A stretch of 64,000 nt of DNA from the IMG/VR virus record IMGVR_UViG_3300005527_003200, one strand, 5' to 3'. Source of the DNA: a virus. Its lineage: Duplodnaviria > Heunggongvirae > Uroviricota > Caudoviricetes. Shown here piece by piece: positions 1 through 7,341 of the stretch; position 1 is the stretch's first letter; every line of letters begins with the position of its first letter. The notes beneath the pieces were generated by a model. That model was not told where the DNA came from and searched no databases. It worked only from the letters and a program-made list of their open reading frames with translations. The translations under genes were made by a program, and so were the position numbers.

Positions 1-152
1 TCCGCCGCCTTCCTGGAGTTTGGTGTAGCCTTATCCCTCACGCTCGATGGTGTCTCGCGCTACTCTTAGGCCCTCCTGCTTCATGGGTATCCGGCTCGAA
101 TCAGCCTTTGTTCACCCCTAACGGACTAGGTAACCCTAATGTGTTTACATAT

Positions 153-180
153 AGTGCCCAGAACTTAATCTGGGGCACTA
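153..180 (+). terminator. Imperfect 10-bp hairpin (TAGTGCCCAG-N8-CTGGGGCACTA) followed by an A/T-rich run; possible terminator or RNA structure
   Basis: Inverted repeat read directly in an ORF-free leader region. The downstream T-run is weak. Confidence 0.25.
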
Positions 181-250
181 TACAAAATTAAATTTTTAAC
201 GAACTTCAAAGTAGTTTCGATCAACTGCCTTTGTTTTCTAACTAGTCTCT

Positions 251-279
251 AGTATAGCATCTCCTGCTTTACTGGTCAA
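251..279 (-). promoter_or_regulatory. Sigma-70-like promoter: -35 TTGACC, 17-bp spacer, -10 TATACT. It fires leftward into the ORF-free region 1-245.
   Basis: The minus strand reads GTTGACC-agtaaagcaggagatgc-TATACT. It is copy 1 of a roughly 90-bp tandem repeat. Confidence 0.5.
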
Positions 280-348
280 CTTGTTTTGTAAATGCCCCGC
301 CTTGTTGCAGGGTCTTTACAAACTTCGCTGTTTTTCTAACTTGTGTCT

Positions 349-377
349 AGTATAGCACCAATCCAATTATTGGTCTA
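349..377 (-). promoter_or_regulatory. Sigma-70-like promoter: -35 TAGACC, 17-bp spacer, -10 TATACT. It is tandem with the promoter at 251-279.
   Basis: This is the second copy of the repeat tgtttt(t)ctaact.gt.tctagtatagca on the plus strand. Spacer length is conserved. Confidence 0.45.
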
Positions 378-384
378 CTGCCAT

Positions 385-415
385 AAAAAAACCCGCCTAC
401 TTGGCGGGTTTTTTG
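385..415. terminator. Bidirectional rho-independent terminator (AAAAAAACCCGCC-tactt-GGCGGGTTTTTTGG)
   Basis: A perfect 7-bp GC stem with a 5-nt loop is flanked by an A7 run and a T6 run. It lies 20 nt downstream of the porin stop. Confidence 0.85.
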
Positions 416-433
416 GTTTGTACTACTTCTGTT

Positions 434-1324
434 TTAGAACTGTACGACCAACCCGCCTGCTACTTGTTTGACATCAGTGGCTGCTGAGGTTCCCTCAACT
501 GTACGATACAAAACTTGTGCATAGGTCTTTTTGCTGAAAGCATACTCAGCACCTACGTTGTAACTCTTGATGCCATTTTCAATGCGACCATAGCTGGCCT
601 TCACTGTGACTGGTCCACCAAGTTTGTGTGCCACGCCGACCAACTGAGCACGGTTGGTGTTGGCAGCAACGCCTTTGTTGTCGCTTGCGCTGGCAAACAC
701 AGTGGTTGCACCAAATTTAGCACGAGCAGCCAACACGTCACTGGTTTCTGCGCCAGCTTCGTAACGAGCATAAGTCAACACAGCAGGTCCAACTGCGGCA
801 ATCACGGATGCGGCATAAGGATCAGCGGCAGTGCCAACAGCACCAGTGCTACGATCAAAGTTAGCAGAGACATTGCCAAAGTTCACAGAAGTGAAAGCGG
901 CATTGCTCAAACGCAAACCACGCAGGTTATGCACGTCGGCAGCTGAGCTACCAATCAATGTGCCAAATGGATCATTGTCGCTGATGGCCAAGAAGTGAGT
1001 GTGAACATTGCGACCAAGATCAACGCTACCCATTTTGTGAGCAATACCCACGGTGCTTTGGCGATCGCCAAGTCTAGTGTCAGTACCAGTGTCTGGGCTG
1101 TTGGCTTGGATGCCGGTCTCGTATGTGGCACGAGCTGTTAATCCGCCACCTAAGTTTTCAGTAGCACGAATGCCAAAGTGACTCAAGTCATTGGCCATGC
1201 CTTGCACGGTGGAAGCACCAGTTTTGGTGTTGTCAAGGTAAGTGCCAACACGACCATAGATACCAACTTGTGCGCTTGCAACACCAGCAACTGCCAGGGT
1301 CAACGCAATTAGAACTTTCTTCAT
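434..1324 (-). CDS. Outer-membrane porin, Gram-negative general porin family (betaproteobacterial OpcP/Omp32-like)
   Basis: There is a signal peptide ending in ASA-Q, a Gly/Ala/Thr-rich beta-barrel composition and a C-terminal ...VVQF with terminal Phe. The N-terminal VGIYGRV resembles the porin TLYGR motif. Confidence 0.75.
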   Translation of the reverse strand: MKKVLIALTLAVAGVASAQVGIYGRVGTYLDNTKTGASTVQGMANDLSHFGIRATENLGGGLTARATYETGIQANSPDTGTDTRLGDRQSTVGIAHKMGSVDLGRNVHTHFLAISDNDPFGTLIGSSAADVHNLRGLRLSNAAFTSVNFGNVSANFDRSTGAVGTAADPYAASVIAAVGPAVLTYARYEAGAETSDVLAARAKFGATTVFASASDNKGVAANTNRAQLVGVAHKLGGPVTVKASYGRIENGIKSYNVGAEYAFSKKTYAQVLYRTVEGTSAATDVKQVAGGLVVQF

Positions 1325-1372
1325 AAGTAATTTTTCCTTGTTAATGAAATGATCAAATGTCGATCATAGAGT

Positions 1373-1402
1373 ATTATATAGCACAAACACTGAGAATGTC
1401 AA
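1373..1402 (-). promoter_or_regulatory. Sigma-70 promoter for the porin gene: -35 TTGACA, -10 TATATAAT
   Basis: The minus strand reads cTTGACAttctcagtgtttgtgcTATATAAT. This gives a leader of about 45 nt with an AAGGAAAA RBS before the ATG. Confidence 0.65.
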
Positions 1403-1404
1403 AG

Positions 1405-1430
1405 AAAATGGCTACTTTCGCAGCCATTTT
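1405..1430 (-). terminator. Hairpin (AAAATGGCT-N8-AGCCATTTT) followed by TTTTCTTT on the minus strand; terminator insulating the porin promoter from upstream transcription
   Basis: A 9-bp stem and a T-rich tail on the minus strand sit immediately upstream of the -35 element. Confidence 0.5.
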
Positions 1431-1805
1431 GGTGGTTTCTGTTACGAGGTATTTCCTACCCTAGACGACCTTAAGCGGCCATCAAGAATTTTTCATCATT
1501 TGCAGATAAAAGTTTTGCTTGATTTACGGTCATCGCCTACCGTGCTGTCCACTCTGTTACTCTTTGCCCTGTCGAATCTAGGTCAGGCCCATCATAAAGA
1601 AACTTAATCTACGCTTAATGTTGTTAACAACAAGCATAATATTGGAAAAACAATTAATAAAAATTTTGCTAAATTTTCCATATTACCATAACTCACAGTT
1701 TTTTATTTTCTCTTCGTCCAATGTGGTATCACGTGTAAAATAAAATACACCAAACACTAACCAAAATAACAAAAATAAAACATAACCTATCATTAAACTT
1801 CCTTA

Positions 1806-1837
1806 TGGTGGACCTGGGGGGATTCGCACCCCCGTCC
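1806..1837 (-). other. tRNA-like 3' minihelix: T-arm (GGGGG-TGCGAAT-CCCCC) plus 7-nt acceptor 3' strand plus A plus encoded CCA. No matching 5' half was found.
   Basis: The minus strand reads GGACGGGGGTGCGAATCCCCCCAGGTCCACCA. No GGACCTG-type 5' acceptor (wobble allowed) occurs within 350 nt upstream. Confidence 0.3.
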
Positions 1838-2055
1838 AGAACACTTTTCTCTCGGCTTCATACAGCAATAACTCGCAGTATATATTTATTCTTTGGGCTT
1901 GTCAACTGCTTTGGAGATGATGTCATACACTTGTGCGTATGCATCAGTAATTTTGTCTAGTTGTTGTTCCGACACCAAGTCTGTGTCCTCCAGACTGACC
2001 AAGTCTCGGGCTAGATTTTCTTGTAGTTTTTTTATGGGATTGAGCACATACCTAT

Positions 2056-2589
2056 TTATTCATCCCCGCTATCTACTGGGATCCAGCCCAACTTAAAAAA
2101 GTCTTCCTGGATTTCTTCTGTGACATGTCCTTCGGGTACATATCTTTTAACACCGTCAGCATCACCATTGCCCAGTCCATCGCCTATGCCCGAACAGTAC
2201 CAATCAATATAGTCACCTTGTTCACGCATGTCGGCAACAATACCCCCGGCATAGCGCCACGAACAACTGTAGGTCTCTCCCTTTAGCAAAGGCCATACTT
2301 CGTTGCGTTGCCAGTCTTGATTGCACAAGGCTGCGTAGATGTTTTGAGCGTAGGTATCGCTGGCCTTGGCTTTGTCGCAAACCCACTTGGTGCTACGCAA
2401 ATCATATTCAAGATTGTTTTCTCGCCACCGTTCGTCGGCTTCGCGTTGAGCCTGATGTTCGTTGATCATGCGTTCAAGATCTAAAGCTCGTTGAACATCT
2501 TCGTCAGTGGCAGGATCTCCTCCTTCCGCAATGACATCTTCAATTCTGCATTGACTGTGAAAGGTTCCGCGAGTAGGACTTTTGTTCAT
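2056..2589 (-). CDS. Hypothetical protein (178 aa; acidic C-terminus)
   Basis: The track ORF was trimmed to an internal Met (MNKSPTRG...) because the listed start runs into tRNA-Leu. Confidence 0.55.
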   Translation of the reverse strand: MNKSPTRGTFHSQCRIEDVIAEGGDPATDEDVQRALDLERMINEHQAQREADERWRENNLEYDLRSTKWVCDKAKASDTYAQNIYAALCNQDWQRNEVWPLLKGETYSCSWRYAGGIVADMREQGDYIDWYCSGIGDGLGNGDADGVKRYVPEGHVTEEIQEDFFKLGWIPVDSGDE

Positions 2590-2595
2590 AATGTT

Positions 2596-2681
2596 TGGTA
2601 CCAGAGACGGGACTCGAACCCGTATGCCCTTGCAAGCGGCAGATTTTAAGTCTGCTGTGTATACCATTCCACCACTCTGGC
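2596..2681 (-). tRNA. tRNA-Leu (anticodon TAA), long variable arm
   Basis: A manual cloverleaf gives GCCAGAG acceptor, anticodon loop CTTAAAA, variable arm CGCTTGCAAGGGCATAC, T-arm GGGTTCGAGTCCC and an encoded CCA. Confidence 0.85.
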
Positions 2682-2699
2682 TTTGCGTTATTTAATACA

Positions 2700-2774
2700 T
2701 GGTCCGGCGTAGAGGAATCGAACCTCTATAATGACTTTAGAAGAATCATGTCCTATCCGTTGAACGAACGCCAG
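2700..2774 (-). tRNA. tRNA-Arg (anticodon TCT)
   Basis: Manual fold: the acceptor CTGGCGT pairs with ACGCCGG, the anticodon loop is CTTCTAA, the T-arm is AGAGGTTCGATTCCTCT, and CCA is encoded. Confidence 0.8.
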
Positions 2775-2779
2775 ATGTT

Positions 2780-2854
2780 TGGTGGGCCAACTTGGAATTG
2801 AACCAAGACTCGACCGATTATGAGTCGGTTGCTTTACCATTAAGCTATTGGCCC
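2780..2854 (-). tRNA. tRNA-Met (anticodon CAT; elongator Met, initiator, or lysidine-modified tRNA-Ile not resolved)
   Basis: Manual fold gives GGGCCAA acceptor, anticodon loop CTCATAA, T-arm CTTGGTTCAATTCCAAG, and an encoded CCA. Confidence 0.8.
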
Positions 2855-2877
2855 TGTGCTACATTGTAGCAGGAAAA

Positions 2878-3258
2878 CTATTTAGTGTCAACTGTTCCGT
2901 CGGCCAGGTGGTCATGTTTGATTTCTTTTACAGGATGCCCTAAAATGCTGGCAACAGAATTTTTGTAAGCAATACGTTTGTTGTTATGATCTCTAATGGC
3001 AATGGCTCGGCGACCAATCTCCTGAAGGCTCAACATTTGCTCCACGCCTGATTTGAGCTGCCATTCTAGATCCCAGATAGCATGATGGATGTCGGTCATT
3101 GCTTGAATGTCCTCATCTAGTTCTGCGCTTTGTGGTAGTTGTCGAAACTTGTCCTCGTACCAATCAAGTTCAACTTGGTTGGCGCCTTTGGTTCGTGCAT
3201 GTTTTACTCTGGCAATGCAGAGTCGATCAATTAGTTCTAATACTGGAAGAAATTCCAT
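2878..3258 (-). CDS. Hypothetical protein (126 aa)
   Basis: This ORF has its own consensus promoter and an AGGG RBS. No confident domain was seen. Confidence 0.6.
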   Translation of the reverse strand: MEFLPVLELIDRLCIARVKHARTKGANQVELDWYEDKFRQLPQSAELDEDIQAMTDIHHAIWDLEWQLKSGVEQMLSLQEIGRRAIAIRDHNNKRIAYKNSVASILGHPVKEIKHDHLADGTVDTK

Positions 3259-3287
3259 AGCATACCCTTTCTATTTTGTATAGAATT

Positions 3288-3316
3288 ATTATACAAAAAT
3301 GCTAAGTGTTTGTCAA
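3288..3316 (-). promoter_or_regulatory. Consensus sigma-70 promoter: TTGACA, 17-bp spacer, TATAAT
   Basis: The minus strand reads cgTTGACAaacacttagcatttttgTATAAT. The -10 element is 30 nt upstream of the ATG at 3258. Confidence 0.7.
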
Positions 3317-4077
3317 CGGTCTTTGTCAGTTCTTACCAATTGAATTAAGCGGTATCCAGGATCAAATTCCCACCATTTTTTGCCAAACTGTGGATCTGCG
3401 GCAGCGGCGTGATGATTGTTGTGCCAGCCCTCTCCACCAGTCAAATATCCTACCAGCAGGTTATTTGAACTTTGATCACGTGTGTCAAAATTTCTATATC
3501 CTGATGGACTGTGAGTGAGAGAGTTGGTCAGTGAACTGGCATGTTGCAACAATAGTGACGGAACCAAATAAGCATACACTACTGCATAAGGATCTATCAT
3601 GTAAACTGCCACCCCGACCAAGATAGTGTACAACCAATGATTGTAGTACATGTGCATGTGAAATTTGGATTTCACAATCTCTGGAGCATAACTTAATTTT
3701 GGAGTAGCAGGTGTGAGTCTAAATTGCACGGCTAGATAACCGTATACCGCAGGTGAGTGCGGATCATCTTTTGTGTCAGAGTGTCTATGATGCGCTCGAT
3801 GTATTGCTACCCAATACAACATTGGTAAAGTTGTGCCAGGAATAGCAATCAATGTTCCTAGATATTCAAACCATTTTGGTGCTTGAAAAGAACGATGGGT
3901 GATCAGCCGATGAACTGTTACAGTTCCGACTACCATCTTGATATAGTAGACCAACAGACATATTGCCCACTGCCATGCTTCACTGTTGAAGATAAAGTAG
4001 ACCAGGATCACATGTAGACAGGCACTGTATGCAATCATTTCGTTGTGCGAAGGCACAAACCAGTTTTTCTTTTTCAT
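3313..4077 (-). CDS. Membrane fatty-acid/lipid desaturase (histidine-box di-iron family)
   Basis: Three His boxes are present (HRLITH, HRAHHRH, HNNHH) together with multiple TM segments. Confidence 0.8.
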   Translation of the reverse strand: MKKKNWFVPSHNEMIAYSACLHVILVYFIFNSEAWQWAICLLVYYIKMVVGTVTVHRLITHRSFQAPKWFEYLGTLIAIPGTTLPMLYWVAIHRAHHRHSDTKDDPHSPAVYGYLAVQFRLTPATPKLSYAPEIVKSKFHMHMYYNHWLYTILVGVAVYMIDPYAVVYAYLVPSLLLQHASSLTNSLTHSPSGYRNFDTRDQSSNNLLVGYLTGGEGWHNNHHAAAADPQFGKKWWEFDPGYRLIQLVRTDKDR

Positions 4078-4085
4078 GCAGATAC

Positions 4086-4244
4086 TTATGCATCTACTTG
4101 CAGTAGGTCAGCCTCTTGATCCATTTCCATTTCGGTAATCAGCAGGTCAGCAAATTGCTGACAGAAGATAGCAAACCAAAGTTGGTCCATCGCTTCTTCG
4201 GGTGCGCCAGCGGCCCGCACCAGGCGTTCAAGTTCAGTATTCAT
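4086..4244 (-). CDS. Small hypothetical protein (about 52 aa), paralogue of the genes at 5968..6195 and 6562..6855
   Basis: The unlisted ORF starts MNTELERLV...FADLLITE. It shares the MNE.I..LA..AG...FAELIV pattern with the two listed paralogues. Confidence 0.45.
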   Translation of the reverse strand: MNTELERLVRAAGAPEEAMDQLWFAIFCQQFADLLITEMEMDQEADLLQVDA

Positions 4245-4537
4245 AGCCTGGAATCATAAGTGAAGGCAGCAAGATATCGCATGCTGGCACGGCTGGGAAT
4301 GTGCTGATTACAGAACCGTTGGTATGCCGCACGCCAACGCTTTTGGACAGGTGCTGGCGCATGGCAAGCAAGATAATGCAAGTGGCCAAATCTGCGCCCA
4401 ATGCTGATGTGATTGGGCTTCCAGCCTGCAGGATACCATTTGTCGCGAGTTTGCCAATTGTAGTTTACCCAGACACCCATTCGGCGTTCTTGCATGATAT
4501 ACTTTTTAGATATATCTTGTGGTCTAAATCGGTTCAT
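4241..4537 (-). CDS. Hypothetical protein (98 aa)
   Basis: It shares an ATGA overlap with the upstream SPFH gene. Orientation is consistent with the operon. Confidence 0.45.
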   Translation of the reverse strand: MNRFRPQDISKKYIMQERRMGVWVNYNWQTRDKWYPAGWKPNHISIGRRFGHLHYLACHAPAPVQKRWRAAYQRFCNQHIPSRASMRYLAAFTYDSRL

Positions 4538-5328
4538 TTTTGCATCATCAGCGCATTGAAGTTTGCAGGAACAACAATTGTTTGCACACGACCGTTCTTG
4601 ATACCTTCTGAGATATTCATCATAGCCTGCGCTTGCATGTAAGCAATTGACTGAGCACCTTGATTACTCAATGCTTGCATACGTTCTGCTTCCATCTTAG
4701 CAGTCTTAACTTCAACTTCTTTTTGTTTCAATTCATTCTTGGCACGAACCAACTCATTTGCACTCGCAACCACAGAATCTGCAGGTACAATATTCCGAAT
4801 CAACACTTGACCAACAACCAAACTACCATCAAGTTTTTCATCAGCCAAACTCTTTTGAATTTGTTCTTTAATTGCTTGTTCCATCACTTGGCGATTATCA
4901 GCCATGTCTAGTGCCTCGTACTTTCGGGCTTCTTTGTAGATGGCATTACGAGTGGTTTGAACCATATAGTTGTACATCAAGTAGATGTCGCCGTTGTGCC
5001 GAGCATGGAATGCTTGACTCTTTTGGCTATACAACTCGGCTACCTGTGCTTGATTGATGTTATAGATAACCACTGCATCAAAGTCTTTCATTGTTGAGTT
5101 ATCTTTAGCAACAGGTGTCATGTCCTCCAGTTTGACATTAACGTCCTTGATTGGGAATGTAAGAACATCACCCCAAAAGGTTTGATTAAACGAGCCAGGC
5201 ATTAATTCACCTTGCTGGACTTGTTTATCAAAGCCAACACGTACACCAACTTCACCTGTTTCGATACGAGTACAACCTGTTGCCAGCACAGCCGCGGCAA
5301 GAACGGAGAGAGTCAAAATACGTTTCAT
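4534..5328 (-). CDS. SPFH/Band-7 (prohibitin/HflK-like) lipoprotein
   Basis: A lipobox (LATGC) is followed by the SPFH-domain pattern and a coiled-coil C-terminus. Confidence 0.7.
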   Translation of the reverse strand: MKRILTLSVLAAAVLATGCTRIETGEVGVRVGFDKQVQQGELMPGSFNQTFWGDVLTFPIKDVNVKLEDMTPVAKDNSTMKDFDAVVIYNINQAQVAELYSQKSQAFHARHNGDIYLMYNYMVQTTRNAIYKEARKYEALDMADNRQVMEQAIKEQIQKSLADEKLDGSLVVGQVLIRNIVPADSVVASANELVRAKNELKQKEVEVKTAKMEAERMQALSNQGAQSIAYMQAQAMMNISEGIKNGRVQTIVVPANFNALMMQK

Positions 5329-5337
5329 TTTATTTCC

Positions 5338-5526
5338 TTAAAAAAGTACCACAAGGGCAAGTAGACTACCAAAAGTAAGTATAGCACAAAATGCACTGTA
5401 AGTCAAGAGTTTTACCAAACTCCACGATTCTTTTCCGGACATGTTCCGTAGGTACTGAATGCCGAAAAAGAACATGCCAAACACAACAACAAAAGCCAAT
5501 AGGATTCTAATCATCACACTCTCCAA
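5338..5526 (-). CDS. Small two-TM membrane protein, possible NfeD-like partner of the SPFH protein
   Basis: The 62-aa product has two hydrophobic helices and lies directly downstream of the SPFH gene. Confidence 0.45.
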   Translation of the reverse strand: MESVMIRILLAFVVVFGMFFFGIQYLRNMSGKESWSLVKLLTYSAFCAILTFGSLLALVVLF

Positions 5527-5987
5527 ATTTCTTCAAAACCTTCCGACAAGTCTGGCTCTTCCCAGTCCCGAATCATGCGAGCAATCACCTCAGATGGGAT
5601 TGTTTTGCCCGGACGGCCGGCCAATCGTCTAGCCAATTCTTCAGGCTCGGGCGTTCGAAATACCACAGCAATGGCCGAGTATTCCGGCAACATGCGAAAC
5701 TTTTTGGCCCGGCTTGCCCGTGTGGTGCTGGTCTGATCCCAGATGATGTCGTTGTTGTTAGCCTGTGCAGTCAACGCATGGTTGGTCATCAGGCGAACAG
5801 CAATAGGCATGTATTCTTCAAACACTTCTGAATAGGTCTTGCCTTGGCTCCGGGCATAATCTTCCACCCAGGGGTCTGTGCTGACCACACTCAAGCCCAA
5901 GGCCCAGACCTGGTCTTTGATCCAGGTGCTTTTGCCTGATCCTGGCACTCCTACCAACATGTACAATTTAGGCACTTTCAACTCCAA
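5514..5987 (-). CDS. P-loop kinase (AAA_33 / polynucleotide-kinase- or zeta-toxin-like NTPase)
   Basis: A Walker A motif (VGVPGSGKST) lies near the N-terminus of a protein of about 155 aa. Confidence 0.65.
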   Translation of the reverse strand: MELKVPKLYMLVGVPGSGKSTWIKDQVWALGLSVVSTDPWVEDYARSQGKTYSEVFEEYMPIAVRLMTNHALTAQANNNDIIWDQTSTTRASRAKKFRMLPEYSAIAVVFRTPEPEELARRLAGRPGKTIPSEVIARMIRDWEEPDLSEGFEEIWRV

Positions 5988-6195
5988 AATGTTCTTTGAT
6001 ATTCTTTGCAGAAAAGGTCAACGCTCTATCCCATTGATTATTACCGTGCCCGTTACCAATGCTTGCTTGTTCAATACATTCTCTCACAATCAACTCGGCG
6101 AATTTTTTACACTCTGGCATATCCCAGTGTCCAATGCCAAACATATCTTTTTCGTAGCCAGCCTGTTCAGCAAGTTGTCGAATTCGTTCGTTCAT
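5968..6195 (-). CDS. Small hypothetical protein (75 aa), KFAELIVREC paralogue family
   Basis: It shares MNE.I..LAE.AG and KFAELIVREC with the gene at 6562..6855. Confidence 0.55.
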   Translation of the reverse strand: MNERIRQLAEQAGYEKDMFGIGHWDMPECKKFAELIVRECIEQASIGNGHGNNQWDRALTFSAKNIKEHFGVESA

Positions 6196-6401
6196 ATCAT
6201 ACCCTCAAACAATTTTTTAACCGATATCGCCTGACCTGTAGTATAAACAATATCAAAACTATCATTCTCAATGTGATACCGATTGCGGTTGCAATTTACA
6301 TACTCACCCTTGTCATCAGTATACACTTGTCGCATCTGTGTATAGGTTTTATCCACAGCACCATCAAAGATAACCCGTGTAGTGATTTTACGCTTGTTCA
6401 T
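6192..6401 (-). CDS. Hypothetical protein (69 aa)
   Basis: It shares an ATGA overlap with the upstream gene. Confidence 0.45.
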   Translation of the reverse strand: MNKRKITTRVIFDGAVDKTYTQMRQVYTDDKGEYVNCNRNRYHIENDSFDIVYTTGQAISVKKLFEGMI

Positions 6402-6403
6402 TC

Positions 6404-6564
6404 TTCAACCTCTGTTTCAAAAGTAGAAATTTCTTGATCTTCTGTCAGATCCAGACTTTCTAGTGCGTATTCTAAATTGTTCCTGGATGCAAACACACGG
6501 ACACTCACATCGGGCACTTCACTGTCTTTGTCAAATGTTTGAACAGCATAGCCGTAGACTTTCA
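6404..6564 (-). CDS. Small hypothetical acidic protein (about 54 aa; MKVYGYAVQTFDKD...)
   Basis: This ORF is unlisted because it is under 60 aa. Its start overlaps the stop of the upstream paralogue. Confidence 0.35.
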
Positions 6565-6855
6565 TTCTTCAACTCCAAATTTCTTTTTCGCTAATTCTTG
6601 TTCGCATTGAGCAATGGAGGCGTCAAGCATAGCAGTTGTGATTTCTTTGGGATTCATTCCAAAATGCAATTTAATCAAATCTACTCCCTGACCGCGACTG
6701 ATCATGTCACGCAACATGGGATTCAATGCTATGCAACATTCCCGCACAATCAACTCGGCGAACTTTTCAATTTCGTCATCTAACAATGAAACAGCATGGT
6801 CATTGCTGTATACTGCGCCAGCCTCAACCGCAAGTAGTTTAATTTGTTCGTTCAT
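6562..6855 (-). CDS. Small hypothetical protein (97 aa), KFAELIVREC paralogue family
   Basis: It shares its N-terminal half with the gene at 5968..6195. Confidence 0.55.
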   Translation of the reverse strand: MNEQIKLLAVEAGAVYSNDHAVSLLDDEIEKFAELIVRECCIALNPMLRDMISRGQGVDLIKLHFGMNPKEITTAMLDASIAQCEQELAKKKFGVEE

Positions 6856-6856
6856 T

Positions 6857-6960
6857 TTACATCCTTATATAACCATCGGCGGAATCTTGTTGATACTGTT
6901 GTTAGCACATTTATGCCAATAATAACAACGACTGCAATAACAATAACAATTTCAATCATT
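6857..6960 (-). CDS. Micro-ORF encoding a single-TM peptide (about 35 aa; MIEIVIVIAVVVIIG...)
   Basis: A GGAG RBS lies 7 nt upstream. Its start overlaps the upstream stop and its stop overlaps the downstream start (ATGA-type coupling). Confidence 0.35.
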
Positions 6961-7066
6961 CTTTAACTCCAAAATGTTTTTTACATTTGTGAAATGGCAT
7001 AATACGACCAAGCCATCCAATCAGTTCACCGCAATTTTGGCAACAGTATGATGGGTATTTCTTCAT
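6956..7066 (-). CDS. Micro-ORF encoding a zinc-ribbon-like peptide (about 36 aa; CCQNCG...HKC)
   Basis: This is the internal Met of track ORF 6956..7144. Its start overlaps the stop of the gene at 7063..7341. Confidence 0.35.
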   Translation of the reverse strand: MKKYPSYCCQNCGELIGWLGRIMPFHKCKKHFGVKE

Positions 7067-7341
7067 TTCAAATCGCCACGCAGGGTGTGCCACATTTTGG
7101 GATCGGTGCCCAAGTAGATGCGATACTTTTGATAATTGCGCCACTGGCTCAGTCGGTTCACACCACGCTCGACCCAGTCAAACATGGCACTGCGGAACCA
7201 CAAGGGATTCACAATGGCCACAATCAGTGCTGCCGCCACAGGCACAATCAGCACAGCCACAACCACCCAATGAAATGTCATGGCACGGTAGTAACGGCCA
7301 CCACCAGGCACCAGTTCAATTTCTTTACTCATATTTGCCAT
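7063..7341 (-). CDS. Small membrane protein (92 aa, one long TM segment)
   Basis: It contains the hydrophobic stretch WVVVAVLIVPVAAALIVAIV. Confidence 0.5.
   Translation of the reverse strand: MANMSKEIELVPGGGRYYRAMTFHWVVVAVLIVPVAAALIVAIVNPLWFRSAMFDWVERGVNRLSQWRNYQKYRIYLGTDPKMWHTLRGDLK

Noticed and set aside
515-946. Plus-strand 143-aa ORF
   Set aside because: It is entirely antisense to the well-supported porin gene and has a Cys- and Ser-rich nonsense composition.
1806-2170. tmRNA ending at the tRNA-like CCA minihelix
   Set aside because: No 5' GGACCTG-type acceptor partner or tag-reading-frame-like region was found within about 350 nt. The space is also occupied by the CDS at 2056-2589.
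2595-2801. Plus-strand ORF across the tRNA cluster
   Set aside because: It is a read-through of the tRNA-Leu and tRNA-Arg antisense sequence and is not coding.
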